A stretch of DNA of 23,261 bases, from NCBI GenBank assembly GCA_038248345.1, contig JBBRXO010000038.1:1-23261 (forward strand). Reading direction: 5' to 3'. Under the pieces are notes generated by a model. The model searched no databases and was not told where the DNA came from. It saw nothing but the letters and a program-made list of their open reading frames with translations. The stretch is from Armatimonadota bacterium (GTDB lineage: Bacteria; Armatimonadota; Hebobacteria; CAIYQO01). Made by a program: the position numbers and the translations under genes. Positions 1 through 8,829 of this stretch are shown here, one piece after another (the first letter of the stretch is position 1; each line of letters begins with the position of its first letter).

Positions 1-35
1 ACACCACCCAGGAGGAGATAACGGCGGCGAAATAA
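1..35 (+). CDS. Possible 3' end of an upstream gene (...TTQEEITAAK*), product unknown
   Basis: Frame from position 3 is open to TAA at 33-35 with GC-rich third positions; too short to identify. Confidence 0.25.
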   Translation, partial: TTQEEITAAK

Positions 36-93
36 GTGTAGCATGGGTGGGATTTCCCCCTCGATTTTTGCGTTATTGTGGTAATATAGCTAT

Positions 94-408
94 ATGAGCA
101 CGGCAGAGATCATTGACTTGATGGTGCAGGAGATAGTCACGCGCTTTCACCCGGAGCGGATAATCCTCTTCGGGTCGCAAGCGCGCGAGGACGCACGCCC
201 CGATAGCGACGTAGACCTGATGGTAGTGATGCCCGACGACACCAACCGGCGCAAGGCTAGTATCGAAATACTGGTAGCGCTGGCCAAAATGCCAATGCCT
301 AAAGACGTTATTGTAACCACCCCGCACGAGATTGCCACGCGCGGCCACCTGAAAGCCACCATCCTGAATGTGGCGATTGCAGAAGGGAGAGAGATTTATG
401 CAAGATGA
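94..408 (+). CDS. Minimal nucleotidyltransferase (MNT) domain protein, antitoxin of MNT-HEPN type
   Basis: 104 aa with the pol-beta-like motif ILFGSQAR-EDARPDSDVDLMVV (GS...DxD) and C-terminal AIAEGREIY; its stop overlaps the start of a HEPN-like fragment. Confidence 0.9.
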   Translation: MSTAEIIDLMVQEIVTRFHPERIILFGSQAREDARPDSDVDLMVVMPDDTNRRKASIEILVALAKMPMPKDVIVTTPHEIATRGHLKATILNVAIAEGREIYAR

Positions 409-508
409 GGTGAAAAGTTACAATACTGCACGCTGGCTGGCATATGCACTAGAAGATTTGGCGGCGGCACAATACGTGACCGCGCAACCGAGAACCACCG
501 CTCATTGA
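398..508 (+). pseudogene. Truncated HEPN-domain gene (N-terminal helix only)
   Basis: Hand translation from ATG 398, overlapping the MNT stop: MQDEVKSYNTARWLAYALEDLAAAQYVTAQPRTTAH*. WLxxAxEDLxxA is the typical HEPN first helix; the QQAxEKxLKA and RxxxxY parts are absent. Confidence 0.65.
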
Positions 509-678
509 GTGCGGAGGTTATTAATGAATTGGCGCAGCTAGCGAAACAACAAGAAGAAGCGTTGCAGGATAGACTCGACCTGCTAGCCGTGCGTGAAGCA
601 TTGGCTGATTATGAAGCGCATGGTGGAACGCCGTGGAAAACAGTCATAACTGAAATGAAGCAGGCTGGCAATACGTGA
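472..678 (+). pseudogene. 5'-truncated Arc/FitA-like ribbon-helix-helix antitoxin remnant
   Basis: Hand translation: IRDRATENHRSLSAEVINELAQLAKQQEEALQDRLDLLAVREALADYEAHGGTPWKTVITEMKQAGNT*. RAxxNHRSLxAEV is RHH helix A-B and the tail resembles type II antitoxins. No ATG/GTG/TTG lies in frame between the stop at 406-408 and the RHH motif. Confidence 0.6.
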
Positions 679-759
679 TGCCGAGGGCGATATGATGGCG
701 GGTTTGAACACGCGATACCAGCCCTTATAACTTGGAACTATTTTCGATGGAGAATCACC

Positions 760-1377
760 ATGCCCGATAATGAGAAGAGTCTGACCTTAGATGACAACTC
801 GCAGGCGAGTAACCCCGGCGCGTTGCCGGTGAATTACTGGAGCTGGATCACCCACAAGCCCTTGTGGCCGCTCATCTGGGGGTTGGCGCTCGTGGGCACC
901 ATCGCTCTGGCGGTGGTGGTCAATCACTTCTTCTGGGTACTCTTTGTGCTGGTATTGTTCGTCAATCGCCTCTACTGGGCGCGTGTGCGCGAGCAGTTTT
1001 TCCTCGGATGTATCAACCCCTCGGTGGTCATCTCCACAAATCCGCTGCTCATCGCCACCTATACAGATTTATCGATGGGCAAAGGTGAATACCCCGCCAT
1101 CAGGATAACCAACCCCACGCTGCGCCGCATCGCCGGGCAAGCGCCGGAGAAGGGTATGCCGGTGGCTACCATCTCTCTCTATCAGCGTGCCGTAGATAGT
1201 AGTATCCGCCACTGGGAGGATTTTGACCCCATCCCCGCCGACTACGGCACGCCAGACATCCGCGAGCACCAACGTATCCTCGCCACACTCACGCCGGACG
1301 AATATGCCGAACTCCAAAAATACCTGGAGAAAGTCCCCACTCCGAATGTGCCGGGCGTGTATTATATGTTTGAGTAG
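760..1377 (+). CDS. DUF3239-like membrane protein
   Basis: 205 aa; N-terminal hydrophobic hairpin (LWPLIWGLALVGTIALAVVV / FFWVLFVLVLFV) and C-terminal HWEDFDPIPADYGTPD...EYAELQKYL, recalled as DUF3239-like; GGAG SD upstream. Confidence 0.65.
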   Translation: MPDNEKSLTLDDNSQASNPGALPVNYWSWITHKPLWPLIWGLALVGTIALAVVVNHFFWVLFVLVLFVNRLYWARVREQFFLGCINPSVVISTNPLLIATYTDLSMGKGEYPAIRITNPTLRRIAGQAPEKGMPVATISLYQRAVDSSIRHWEDFDPIPADYGTPDIREHQRILATLTPDEYAELQKYLEKVPTPNVPGVYYMFE

Positions 1378-1403
1378 GCGGAAGTGTTCGGGAGGATAGT
1401 ATT

Positions 1404-3101
1404 ATGATCACAAGTATCACGGTAGAGAATTTTAAACAGTTTGAAAGAGTGGAATTTGAACTAGGTCGATCAGCGCTGTTGATCGGGCCCAATAATTCCG
1501 GCAAGACTACAGCGCTGCAGGCCTTAACGTTGTGGAATATTGGTGTCCGGCAGTGGCTGGCAAAGCGGCAGGGGAAGGGTGCACCGGAGAAGCGCCCCGG
1601 CGTCACCATCAACCGCAAAGACCTTATTGCCATTCCGGTGCCAGATGCCAACCTGCTCTGGCGTAATCTGCGCATCCGCGCTGCAGCCGAACCGGGAAAT
1701 GGAACCCAGAATATCCGCATAGCAATCATCGTCAAAGGCATCACGAAGGGCAAGGAGTGGGAGTGTGGCCTGGAGTTCGACTATGCCAACGAAGAATCTT
1801 TCTACTGTCGCCCTCTACGGATTGACCATAATGCTGTTGCACGTATGCCCGTCCCTGACGAAGCTGGATTCACGAAAATAGCTTTCTTGCCACCGATGTC
1901 CGGTTTGGCTGCTGTTGAGACCAAGTTGGAATCGGGACGTATTGATGTACTAATCGGCGAAGGGCAAACGGCACAGGTGCTACGCAACCTCTGTTACCAG
2001 ATAGCGGCTAATGCGCCCGAAGATTGGACAAAGGTCACCAACCACATTAAAGAAATGTTCGGGGTGAACATACAGGAACCGAAATATGATGCTGTGCGTA
2101 GCGAAATAACCATGACTTACAGCAATCGTGACCAAAGTAAGATACTCCTCGATATTTCCACCACCGGGCGCGGGATACAGCAGACGCTGTTATTACTTGC
2201 CCACCTTTATACTCACCCGAATACCGTACTTCTCCTTGATGAGCCGGATGCCCACCTGGAGGTGCTCCGTCAGCGACAAATATATCAGTTGCTGACAGAC
2301 ACCGCAATCAAGCTCGGTTCGCAGGTAATTACTGCCAGTCATTCGGAGATAGTGTTAGAGGAAGCTGCTGGGCGCGATATTGTAATAGCTTTCGTCGGCA
2401 AGCCCCACCGTATCGATGACCGTGGTAGCCAGGTGTTAAAATCGCTGAAGGATATCGGCTACGAGCAGTATTACCTGGCGGAGCAGAAAGGATGGGTGCT
2501 TTATCTGGAGGGTTCTACCGATCTGGCGATATTGAAAACCTTTGCAGATATCTTGCAACACCCGGCTAAAGAGCAGCTAGAAAGTCCGTTTGTGCATTAC
2601 ATCGGTAATGTGATGGCGAAGGCGCGTGACCACTTCTACGGCCTGCGCGAGGCCAAACACGACCTGCGCAGTATCGCTATACTAGACCGAGATGAAAGAG
2701 ATATGCCCCAAAATGGCGCTCTGCGTGAACTCCGCTGGCGGAGAAGAGAAATAGAGAATTACCTCACCAGTGAGAATGTCTTGTTGGCCTACGCACGAGG
2801 TGGCGATAGTGATGCTGATTTGTTTGCAGCCGATAATGAGTCAAAAATGCGGACGGCAATTATTGCTATATCTGGAGCACTAAAGGTCTTCGACAAAGAC
2901 CCGTGGTCAGTGGATACCAAAGCCACTGATGACTTCCTTGATCCGCTCTTCAAGCGTTATTACACCGATATAGGCCTGCCAATACTGACGCGCAAATCCG
3001 ATTACCATGAGCTGGCGCGCTTCATATCCCCGGCGGATATTGATCCAGAGATCATTGAAAAATTGGATGCAATTGTGGAAATCGCCACAAATTTAGGGTG
3101 A
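1404..3101 (+). CDS. ABC-type (AAA_15/AAA_21) ATPase fused to a TOPRIM nuclease domain; OLD-family or fused PARIS-like protein
   Basis: N-terminal ITVENFKQF, Walker A GPNNSGKT, degenerate signature STTGRG, Walker B/D-loop LLLDEPDAHL, H-loop TASHS; C-terminal TOPRIM motifs YLEGSTD, ILDRD, REIENYL; GGAGG SD. Confidence 0.85.
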   Translation: MITSITVENFKQFERVEFELGRSALLIGPNNSGKTTALQALTLWNIGVRQWLAKRQGKGAPEKRPGVTINRKDLIAIPVPDANLLWRNLRIRAAAEPGNGTQNIRIAIIVKGITKGKEWECGLEFDYANEESFYCRPLRIDHNAVARMPVPDEAGFTKIAFLPPMSGLAAVETKLESGRIDVLIGEGQTAQVLRNLCYQIAANAPEDWTKVTNHIKEMFGVNIQEPKYDAVRSEITMTYSNRDQSKILLDISTTGRGIQQTLLLLAHLYTHPNTVLLLDEPDAHLEVLRQRQIYQLLTDTAIKLGSQVITASHSEIVLEEAAGRDIVIAFVGKPHRIDDRGSQVLKSLKDIGYEQYYLAEQKGWVLYLEGSTDLAILKTFADILQHPAKEQLESPFVHYIGNVMAKARDHFYGLREAKHDLRSIAILDRDERDMPQNGALRELRWRRREIENYLTSENVLLAYARGGDSDADLFAADNESKMRTAIIAISGALKVFDKDPWSVDTKATDDFLDPLFKRYYTDIGLPILTRKSDYHELARFISPADIDPEIIEKLDAIVEIATNLG

Positions 3102-3213
3102 GGGTGATAACCGTTCTCATGGGCACCCCTGGGTACGCAGGTGTCCTGCCTGCCCCGTAGCACGTAGCCCGCCGTGGCGCGTATCGTGGTGTTAGGAATA
3201 TCAACCCACGGTT

Positions 3214-3250
3214 CATGGGCGGGACGCCCATGCTACGGCGTCCCGCCCAT
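3214..3250. repeat. REP-like palindrome, possibly a bidirectional terminator between convergent genes
   Basis: ATGGGCGGGACGCC (3215-3228) and GGCGTCCCGCCCAT (3237-3250) form a perfect 14-bp inverted repeat. The minus strand of 3214-3236 reads GTAG-CATGGGCGTCCCGCCCATG, the GTAG+palindrome layout of REP sequences. Confidence 0.6.
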
Positions 3251-3259
3251 TACGGCAAC

Positions 3260-4420
3260 CTACCGCCCCATGCCCACATGCTGGGCGTGTTGTTCTACTT
3301 TGCCTTCGGTGGGCATGCTGGGGGCGATTATCATTTCGGCGTGTTGCATCTCCTGCAGGTTGAGGGCGCCAACGCTGGCCATGCTCAGGCGCAGGGCGTC
3401 GACGTAATTCATCAGGCCGTCGTCGCGCTTGGCGGGGCCGAAGAGGATCTGTTGCAGCGTCCCACGGGTGCCCACCTGGATGCGTGTGCCGCGTGGCAGG
3501 TTGGCGCTGCTGGTGGCCATACCCCAGCTGCAACCTTTGGCGGGGGCCTCGGTGCTGGCGGCCAGCTGTGACCCCAGCATGACGGCGTCGGCACCGGCGG
3601 CTATCGCCTTGCAGATGTCGCCGCCGGAGCGGATGCCGCCATCGGTGATGATGGCCACGCGCCGCCCGTGGGCCTTATAGAAGTCTTCGCGTGCGGCGGC
3701 GCAGTCTGCCGTGGCGGTGATCTGTGGCACGCCCAGTCCGCACACGCGGCGCGTGGTGCAGATAGCACCGGGGCCGACGCCGACGAAGATGCCGTCCGCG
3801 CCCGCTTCCATCAGCTCGTAGGCCGCCTCATAGCTGACGCAGTTGCCGAGGATCAACGGGGACTTGATGGCATCCTTGACCACGCTGAAATTGGGCGAGG
3901 TGTAACGGTTGGAGAGGTGGCGCACGGTGGTGATGGTGGCGATGACGGCGAAAGCGTCTACCACATTCGGGCCGATCAGACGCGCGATGCGCTCGCAGCT
4001 ATTCGGCGTCACCGACACTGCCACCGGCACACCCGCAGCCCTCACCTCGGCGATGCGCTGCATAATCAGCTCATCCTTCACTGGCTCTTTATAAATCTCC
4101 TGGATGGTCGAGACGACATCCTCCGGGGCGGCGTTGACGATACGGTCGATCTGCTCCTGCGGGTTAGCGTACTTCGTCTGCACGCCCTCCAGATACATAA
4201 AAGCGAGGCCGCCCAGCTTCCCCATCGCAATGGCGAAGTTAGGGTCTACCAGCGCATCCAACGAAGCGCCGATGATCGGCAGTTCCAGCTTCTTCTCGCC
4301 TAACTGCCAGCTGATATCGCACATTTCCGGGTCGCAAGTAAGTGCTCCCGGCACAATTGCTACCTCATCAAATCCATAACCCCGGCGCGCCGTCCGGTTT
4401 CTCCCGATTTCCAATGACAT
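3260..4420 (-). CDS. guaB3: GuaB3-family IMP dehydrogenase-related protein (no CBS domains)
   Basis: [23 protein letters not shown]-terminus, catalytic loop [49 protein letters not shown] 4420 with GAGGGG SD 9 nt upstream. Confidence 0.9.
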   Translation of the reverse strand: MSLEIGRNRTARRGYGFDEVAIVPGALTCDPEMCDISWQLGEKKLELPIIGASLDALVDPNFAIAMGKLGGLAFMYLEGVQTKYANPQEQIDRIVNAAPEDVVSTIQEIYKEPVKDELIMQRIAEVRAAGVPVAVSVTPNSCERIARLIGPNVVDAFAVIATITTVRHLSNRYTSPNFSVVKDAIKSPLILGNCVSYEAAYELMEAGADGIFVGVGPGAICTTRRVCGLGVPQITATADCAAAREDFYKAHGRRVAIITDGGIRSGGDICKAIAAGADAVMLGSQLAASTEAPAKGCSWGMATSSANLPRGTRIQVGTRGTLQQILFGPAKRDDGLMNYVDALRLSMASVGALNLQEMQHAEMIIAPSMPTEGKVEQHAQHVGMGR

Positions 4421-4789
4421 GATCAAATACCCCTCGGTTCGCGGTCTCCGCGAAATTTGTACCTATAGCTATTACTCTTTCGCCGCAAGGCAAGGTGGTT
4501 CCTGCTAGAGGTAGGGAAGATTTTTTGCTAGGGGATGGTGATGTTATAGACATCTGTCGGTTATTTGATAGAATATTAAGCAATAAACGTATGGCTCTAT
4601 TTGAGAAATGCCATATTTGACACGCTAAAAATGCATGAATTGAGGATGGAGTAGCGCAGGGAGAACGGTAAGCACCAAAAAGAATACTCCTACACTCCCC
4701 CGCCCAATCCCATAATACCGTGCGCCGGTCGTCCGCTTTCGCGGACTTTTCTGAAGCGAAAGATAGCGACCTTCGAGGTGACGAAGGTA

Positions 4790-4820
4790 TAGACATCTAC
4801 CCCGCCCTGAAGGACGGGGG
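4790..4820 (-). mobile_element. Orphan IS200/IS605-family right-end-like hairpin (no tnpA/tnpB nearby)
   Basis: Minus strand CCCCCGTCCTTCAGGGCGGGGTAGATGTCTA resembles the IS605-group end pattern recalled as CCCCGTCCTTYAGGGCGGGG-agga-TGTCAA. Confidence 0.5.
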
Positions 4821-4948
4821 TATGGTCAGCTACTATTTACATTGCGATTCAGTTGGGCTATTATTTGCGAGTGGCTTTTGGTGTGATTACAGGTTATTCA
4901 TCCTAACCTGTAATTGTCTCTACGTTGTTTAAGTGCCGGGTAATATTT

Positions 4949-5140
4949 ATGGATAATTTTACGAAAGAAGAATTAGAAGAAGCTTTCCGGGCTATAGTTT
5001 CAACAATTAGCAAGTGTGAGAAGGTACAGCCAAAATTGAAACAAGGTACTTCGCAGCACACTCTGCTCATACGCAGGATTAAGGCACTCCATATCGCATC
5101 GTCATTGATAATGCAAGCGCTGGAGGGTCACAATGAATAG
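4949..5140 (+). CDS. Small helical hypothetical protein (63 aa)
   Basis: MDNFTKEELEEAFRAIVSTISKCEKVQPKLKQGTSQHTLLIRRIKALHIA resembles, from memory, a conserved Clostridia-type hypothetical family; AT-richer codon usage than the flanks. Confidence 0.7.
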   Translation: MDNFTKEELEEAFRAIVSTISKCEKVQPKLKQGTSQHTLLIRRIKALHIASSLIMQALEGHNE

Positions 5141-5164
5141 CTTGTCCACTTCTGGGAGCACAAT

Positions 5165-6064
5165 TCATGATCGCTGCAATAGTAGACGCATCCCAACAAT
5201 CGCCAAGTCATCGAGTTCATATTTTTCAAATCTCGGCGCTAACTTCAGGGAGGATATTGCATCAAATGTAGCTGGTCGGAATATCTCCTGCGTTACAATT
5301 TTCAATGGAGTCTGCGCTAGCAAAGCCATATAATCAGAATATCGCAACCTGTTCTGATAATGAATGGGGGAGTTTAGGAGTGCCCAGGCAGTATCGCTAA
5401 GGGTGAGAAAGTTGTAAGGATTGATGTTTTTATCGAAGTAGGAATAATGGTCAGCAAAATCAATTACACAACTTAGCAAGGCTCCCGGTTTCAGCAGGCG
5501 GTAACATTCCTTAAGAATGAGCAGAATATCATCAGCGGGAATGTGTTCAAGTGTTGCAGTGTTCGACATAAAATCAATTGAAGCCGTTGGCAAACCAGTG
5601 TTACGTGCGTCCAGTGGCGCTATCCAATTAATTCCCAGTTGCGCTAACTCGTCAATATGTTTTATCTGCAATTGGCGCGGTGTAAACGGTATGGACAGTC
5701 TATTTTGTATCTTATCGGCGTGTTTATTGATCCGAGTGATTGAATCGTTTATGAGATCAATCATAGCTAACGGTCTGATATCGATGACCGTCTGTTGCGC
5801 TACGCCGCAAAAGGCATATGTCAATGGATTAGTAAGATCCCAACCAGCGCCGAATTCGTAAAAATGCGCCGTTCTAACGTCAGCTGACTCCCCCGCAGAG
5901 AATTGTCACAGGTGGTATGTGGCTGAATCTACTCGATTGAAAAATTCTGCGTCACTAAATGGGAGTGATCTGGTGATCCAACGTTGAGAAAGATAGTTGA
6001 TCTTCTCCCCATAGGGCATATAACTGAAGATATTCTGTACTAACGCTTTGGTGATATAATGCAT
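5165..6064 (-). pseudogene. Class I SAM-dependent methyltransferase interrupted by one in-frame TGA
   Basis: Frame runs from ATG 6064 (MHYITKALVQNIFSYMPYGEKINY...) to stop 5165, about 299 aa, with a single TGA at 5908-5906 (codon 53). SAM motif FYEFGAGWDL, then TLEHIP, LLKPGA, QNRLRYSDY. Confidence 0.75.
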
Positions 6065-6132
6065 CTAAGTACCCATTTTTGTTACTATTTCTTACAGGCT
6101 ACCAGATCTTTACCATTCAAGTAAAGGTCGAC

Positions 6133-6741
6133 TCAATAATTTCTGCAACCGCCTCGGATGACTAGCGACTCGCGCACCATCCCCAGAAAGTACGCATGTA
6201 TGCGCGTATCCTGCGTCAGCTCCGGGTGGAAGGCGCTGGCCAGCAGGAGGCCCTGGCGGATAAGCACCGGGTGGCCCTGGTATTCGGCGAGGATATCTAC
6301 GCCTGCACCGACGTTGGTGATGAAGGGGGCGCGGATGAAGACGGTGTGGACGGGGCCGCCGGCGATGCCTTTCACCGGCAGGTTGTCCTCGAAGCTGTCT
6401 ACCTGGCGGCCGAAGGCATTGCGGCGCACGGTGACGCGCATGGCGCCGATACGCGGCTGGTCGCTGCCCTCGATCTCATCCGCCAGCAGGATCATGCCGG
6501 TGCAGGTGCCGTAGATCGGCTTGCCCGCGGCGGCGAAGGCCTTCACCGGCTCCATCAATCCGAAGCGCACCAGCAGTTTGCCCACGGTAGTGCTCTCGCC
6601 GCCGGGGATAATCAGCCCGTCGACGCGGTCAAGTTCTTCCACAGTGCGCACGGTGATAGACTCACCCCCCGCACGCGCTATCGCCTGCATATGTTCACGC
6701 ACGTCGCCTTGCAGCGCCAGTACGCCGATTAAATTACCCAT
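6133..6741 (-). CDS. pdxT: Pyridoxal 5'-phosphate synthase glutaminase subunit
   Basis: IGVLALQGD, IIPGGESTT, GTCTG (catalytic Cys), RRNAFGRQVDSFE, VFIRAP, FHPE; ATG 6741 preceded by GGGAG. Confidence 0.95.
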   Translation of the reverse strand: MGNLIGVLALQGDVREHMQAIARAGGESITVRTVEELDRVDGLIIPGGESTTVGKLLVRFGLMEPVKAFAAAGKPIYGTCTGMILLADEIEGSDQPRIGAMRVTVRRNAFGRQVDSFEDNLPVKGIAGGPVHTVFIRAPFITNVGAGVDILAEYQGHPVLIRQGLLLASAFHPELTQDTRIHAYFLGMVRESLVIRGGCRNY

Positions 6742-6942
6742 AGACTCCCATTCTTCCCTTGATGACCACTGGTAATCATACCTTTTTAGCTGAATATTTG
6801 AAAGATTCCACATGGAAAGGTTACCCGCTGTCGCGTCGGGGTATACCAAAAACGGATAACAAATGCGATTAATATAGTCGTATTAGACACCAGCGTAAAG
6901 TTATGGTAAAGTTGGTAGAAATCACGCGGAAGGAGTGTTGAT

Positions 6943-7164
6943 ATGGAAGATAAAGTACGTGCTGCATTAGAGCAGATTCGCCCGATGTTGCAGGCCGATG
7001 GTGGCGATGTAGAGTTAGTAGCCATCAAAGAAGGCGGTATTGTGGAAGTTAAGCTCACCGGAGCTTGCGGCGGTTGCCCGATGGCGCAGATGACGCTGAA
7101 AAATGGCGTTGAGCGCATTGTGAAACAGGAAGTACCGGAAGTCACCGAAGTTGTGGCTGTCTAA
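6943..7164 (+). CDS. NifU/Nfu-like Fe-S cluster carrier (NifU C-terminal domain)
   Basis: IRPMLQADGGDVEL...KLTGACGGCPMAQMTLKNGVE with CxxC; AGGAG SD. Confidence 0.92.
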   Translation: MEDKVRAALEQIRPMLQADGGDVELVAIKEGGIVEVKLTGACGGCPMAQMTLKNGVERIVKQEVPEVTEVVAV

Positions 7165-7180
7165 ACCGGTGGATAGTGAC

Positions 7181-7221
7181 AAAAGCGAGCGGTGACTGTT
7201 AACAGTCACCGCTCGCGTTTT
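7181..7221. terminator. Bidirectional intrinsic terminator between convergent nifU and rny
   Basis: Perfect 32-bp palindrome GCGAGCGGTGACTGTTAACAGTCACCGCTCGC (7185-7216) flanked by AAAA and TTTT. Confidence 0.8.
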
Positions 7222-7234
7222 GTTGGTTTAAGGT

Positions 7235-8767
7235 TTATTTCGCGTAGTCTACCTGGCGGGTTTCGCGGATAACCGTTACTTTTATCTGGCCAGGGTACTG
7301 CATTTGTGCTTCAATTTCGCGCGCGACGTCGTGGGCGATCATGAAAGCAGCATTGTCGTCTACCTGCTCAGGTTTCACCATGATACGGATCTCACGGCCT
7401 GCCTGAATGGCGAAACAACGCTCGACTCCCGGACGGGAGACGGCGATCTCTTCTAATTTCTGCAAGCGTTTGACGTAATTCTCCAGCGACTCACGTCGGG
7501 CTCCGGGGCGGGCAGCGGAGATAGCATCGGCGGCTTGCACCAGAATTGCCTCTACAGTCTCCGGGTGCGGGTCGCCATGGTGGGCGCCGATGGCGTGGAT
7601 GACTTCAGCGCGCTCGCGTCCCTTCTTCGCCAGTTCGGCGGAGATAGCGGCATGTGCCCCTTCGTTTTCACTCTCCGAAGCTTTACCGATGTCATGTAAA
7701 AGACCAGCGCGGCGTGCGATTTCCACATTCGCGCCCAGCTCCTCGGCCATCATGCGCGCCAGGTGGCATACTTCGATTGAGTGATCGAGTACATTTTGTC
7801 CATAACTGGTGCGGTAGCGCAAGCGCCCCAGATAGCGGACTAGCTCGGAGTTCAACCCAGTAATGCCTGTAGCCATCACTGCGCGGTCACCCGCTAGTTT
7901 AATCTGTCGATCAACTTCGGCTTTAGCCCGGTCAACGCACTCTTCAATTCGCGTCGGGTGGATACGGCCATCTTCGATGAGGCTAACCAGCGCCAGTCGG
8001 GCAATTTCGCGGCGTACGGGGTCGAAGCCGGAGATCACCACCGCTTCCGGGGTGTCGTCAATGATCAGATCAACGCCGGTGAGCGTTTCAAAGGTGCGGA
8101 TGTTACGGCCTTCGCGCCCGATAATGCGGCCTTTCAGTTCGTCACTGGTGATGGGCACCACCGAGACGGTGCTCTCCATTGTCTGCTCAACCGAGACCCG
8201 CTGAATCGACATGGTGACGATACGGCGTGCTTCGGATTCGGCGCGTTCCACCGCTTCTTCCTCAATGCCACGTGCCAGCCGGGCGGCATCCAGTACAGCT
8301 TCGTCACGCACGATCTCCAGTACCATCTCGCGCGCCTGCTCTTGTGTTAGCCCACTCACGCGGAATAATGCTTCCTGGCGGTTGGCAACCAGAGTCTCTG
8401 CCTCCTGCAACTTAGCGCCGATCGTAGATTCGCGCTGGCCGAGGTCGATTTCACGACGCTCCGCTGTCTCCAGCTTGCGATCCAGCGTCTCATCTTTTTG
8501 CGTCAAACGACGTTCAATGCGCTGCAATTCCGTGCGTGTTTCTTTCTGTTCAGTCTCCAACTCTCCGCGCAGGCGGAGAACTTCATCGGCAAGTTTCAAT
8601 TGCGCTTGTTGATGTACAGTCTCTAAATCTTTTCGCGCCAGGTCACGCTGATGTTCTGCATCCTGTAATTGAATTTTGGCAGCATTTAAATTCCGATAAA
8701 GTAATAATGCTACAATCACGCCGCCAATTATTGATATAATGGCCGCGGCTAGATAAAGATATTCTAT
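7235..8767 (-). CDS. rny: Ribonuclease Y (membrane anchor, coiled coil, KH, HD); probable ATA start
   Basis: [13 protein letters not shown] (KH), [20 protein letters not shown] (HD), [33 protein letters not shown] lies 8 nt upstream of ATA 8767, which restores the full hydrophobic anchor. Confidence 0.95.
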   Translation of the reverse strand: MEYLYLAAAIISIIGGVIVALLLYRNLNAAKIQLQDAEHQRDLARKDLETVHQQAQLKLADEVLRLRGELETEQKETRTELQRIERRLTQKDETLDRKLETAERREIDLGQRESTIGAKLQEAETLVANRQEALFRVSGLTQEQAREMVLEIVRDEAVLDAARLARGIEEEAVERAESEARRIVTMSIQRVSVEQTMESTVSVVPITSDELKGRIIGREGRNIRTFETLTGVDLIIDDTPEAVVISGFDPVRREIARLALVSLIEDGRIHPTRIEECVDRAKAEVDRQIKLAGDRAVMATGITGLNSELVRYLGRLRYRTSYGQNVLDHSIEVCHLARMMAEELGANVEIARRAGLLHDIGKASESENEGAHAAISAELAKKGRERAEVIHAIGAHHGDPHPETVEAILVQAADAISAARPGARRESLENYVKRLQKLEEIAVSRPGVERCFAIQAGREIRIMVKPEQVDDNAAFMIAHDVAREIEAQMQYPGQIKVTVIRETRQVDYAK

Positions 8768-8829
8768 TGTCCAGTCCTCCTAAAATATAGATGACGCATA
8801 CCGGGCGGGCGGTATACGAGTAACGGAAC

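Noticed and set aside
1404..3101. Gabija or retron system call
   Set aside because: No GajB/UvrD helicase, reverse transcriptase or msr-msd next to the ATPase-TOPRIM gene.
3668..4303. 211-aa plus-strand ORF and the many other antisense/alternate-frame ORFs over guaB3, pdxT, rny, recA, the pil genes and cimA
   Set aside because: Shadow ORFs of well-supported genes in GC-rich DNA, with no recognisable motifs.
4368..4932. ORFs 4368-4796 (-) and 4720-4932 (+)
   Set aside because: No protein-like features; they overlap promoter and hairpin DNA. YPALKDGG is just the translation of the IS-end-like hairpin.
6742..6849. N-terminal extension of PdxT in the ORF track
   Set aside because: Homology begins at MGNLIGVLALQG, and ATG 6741 has an SD.
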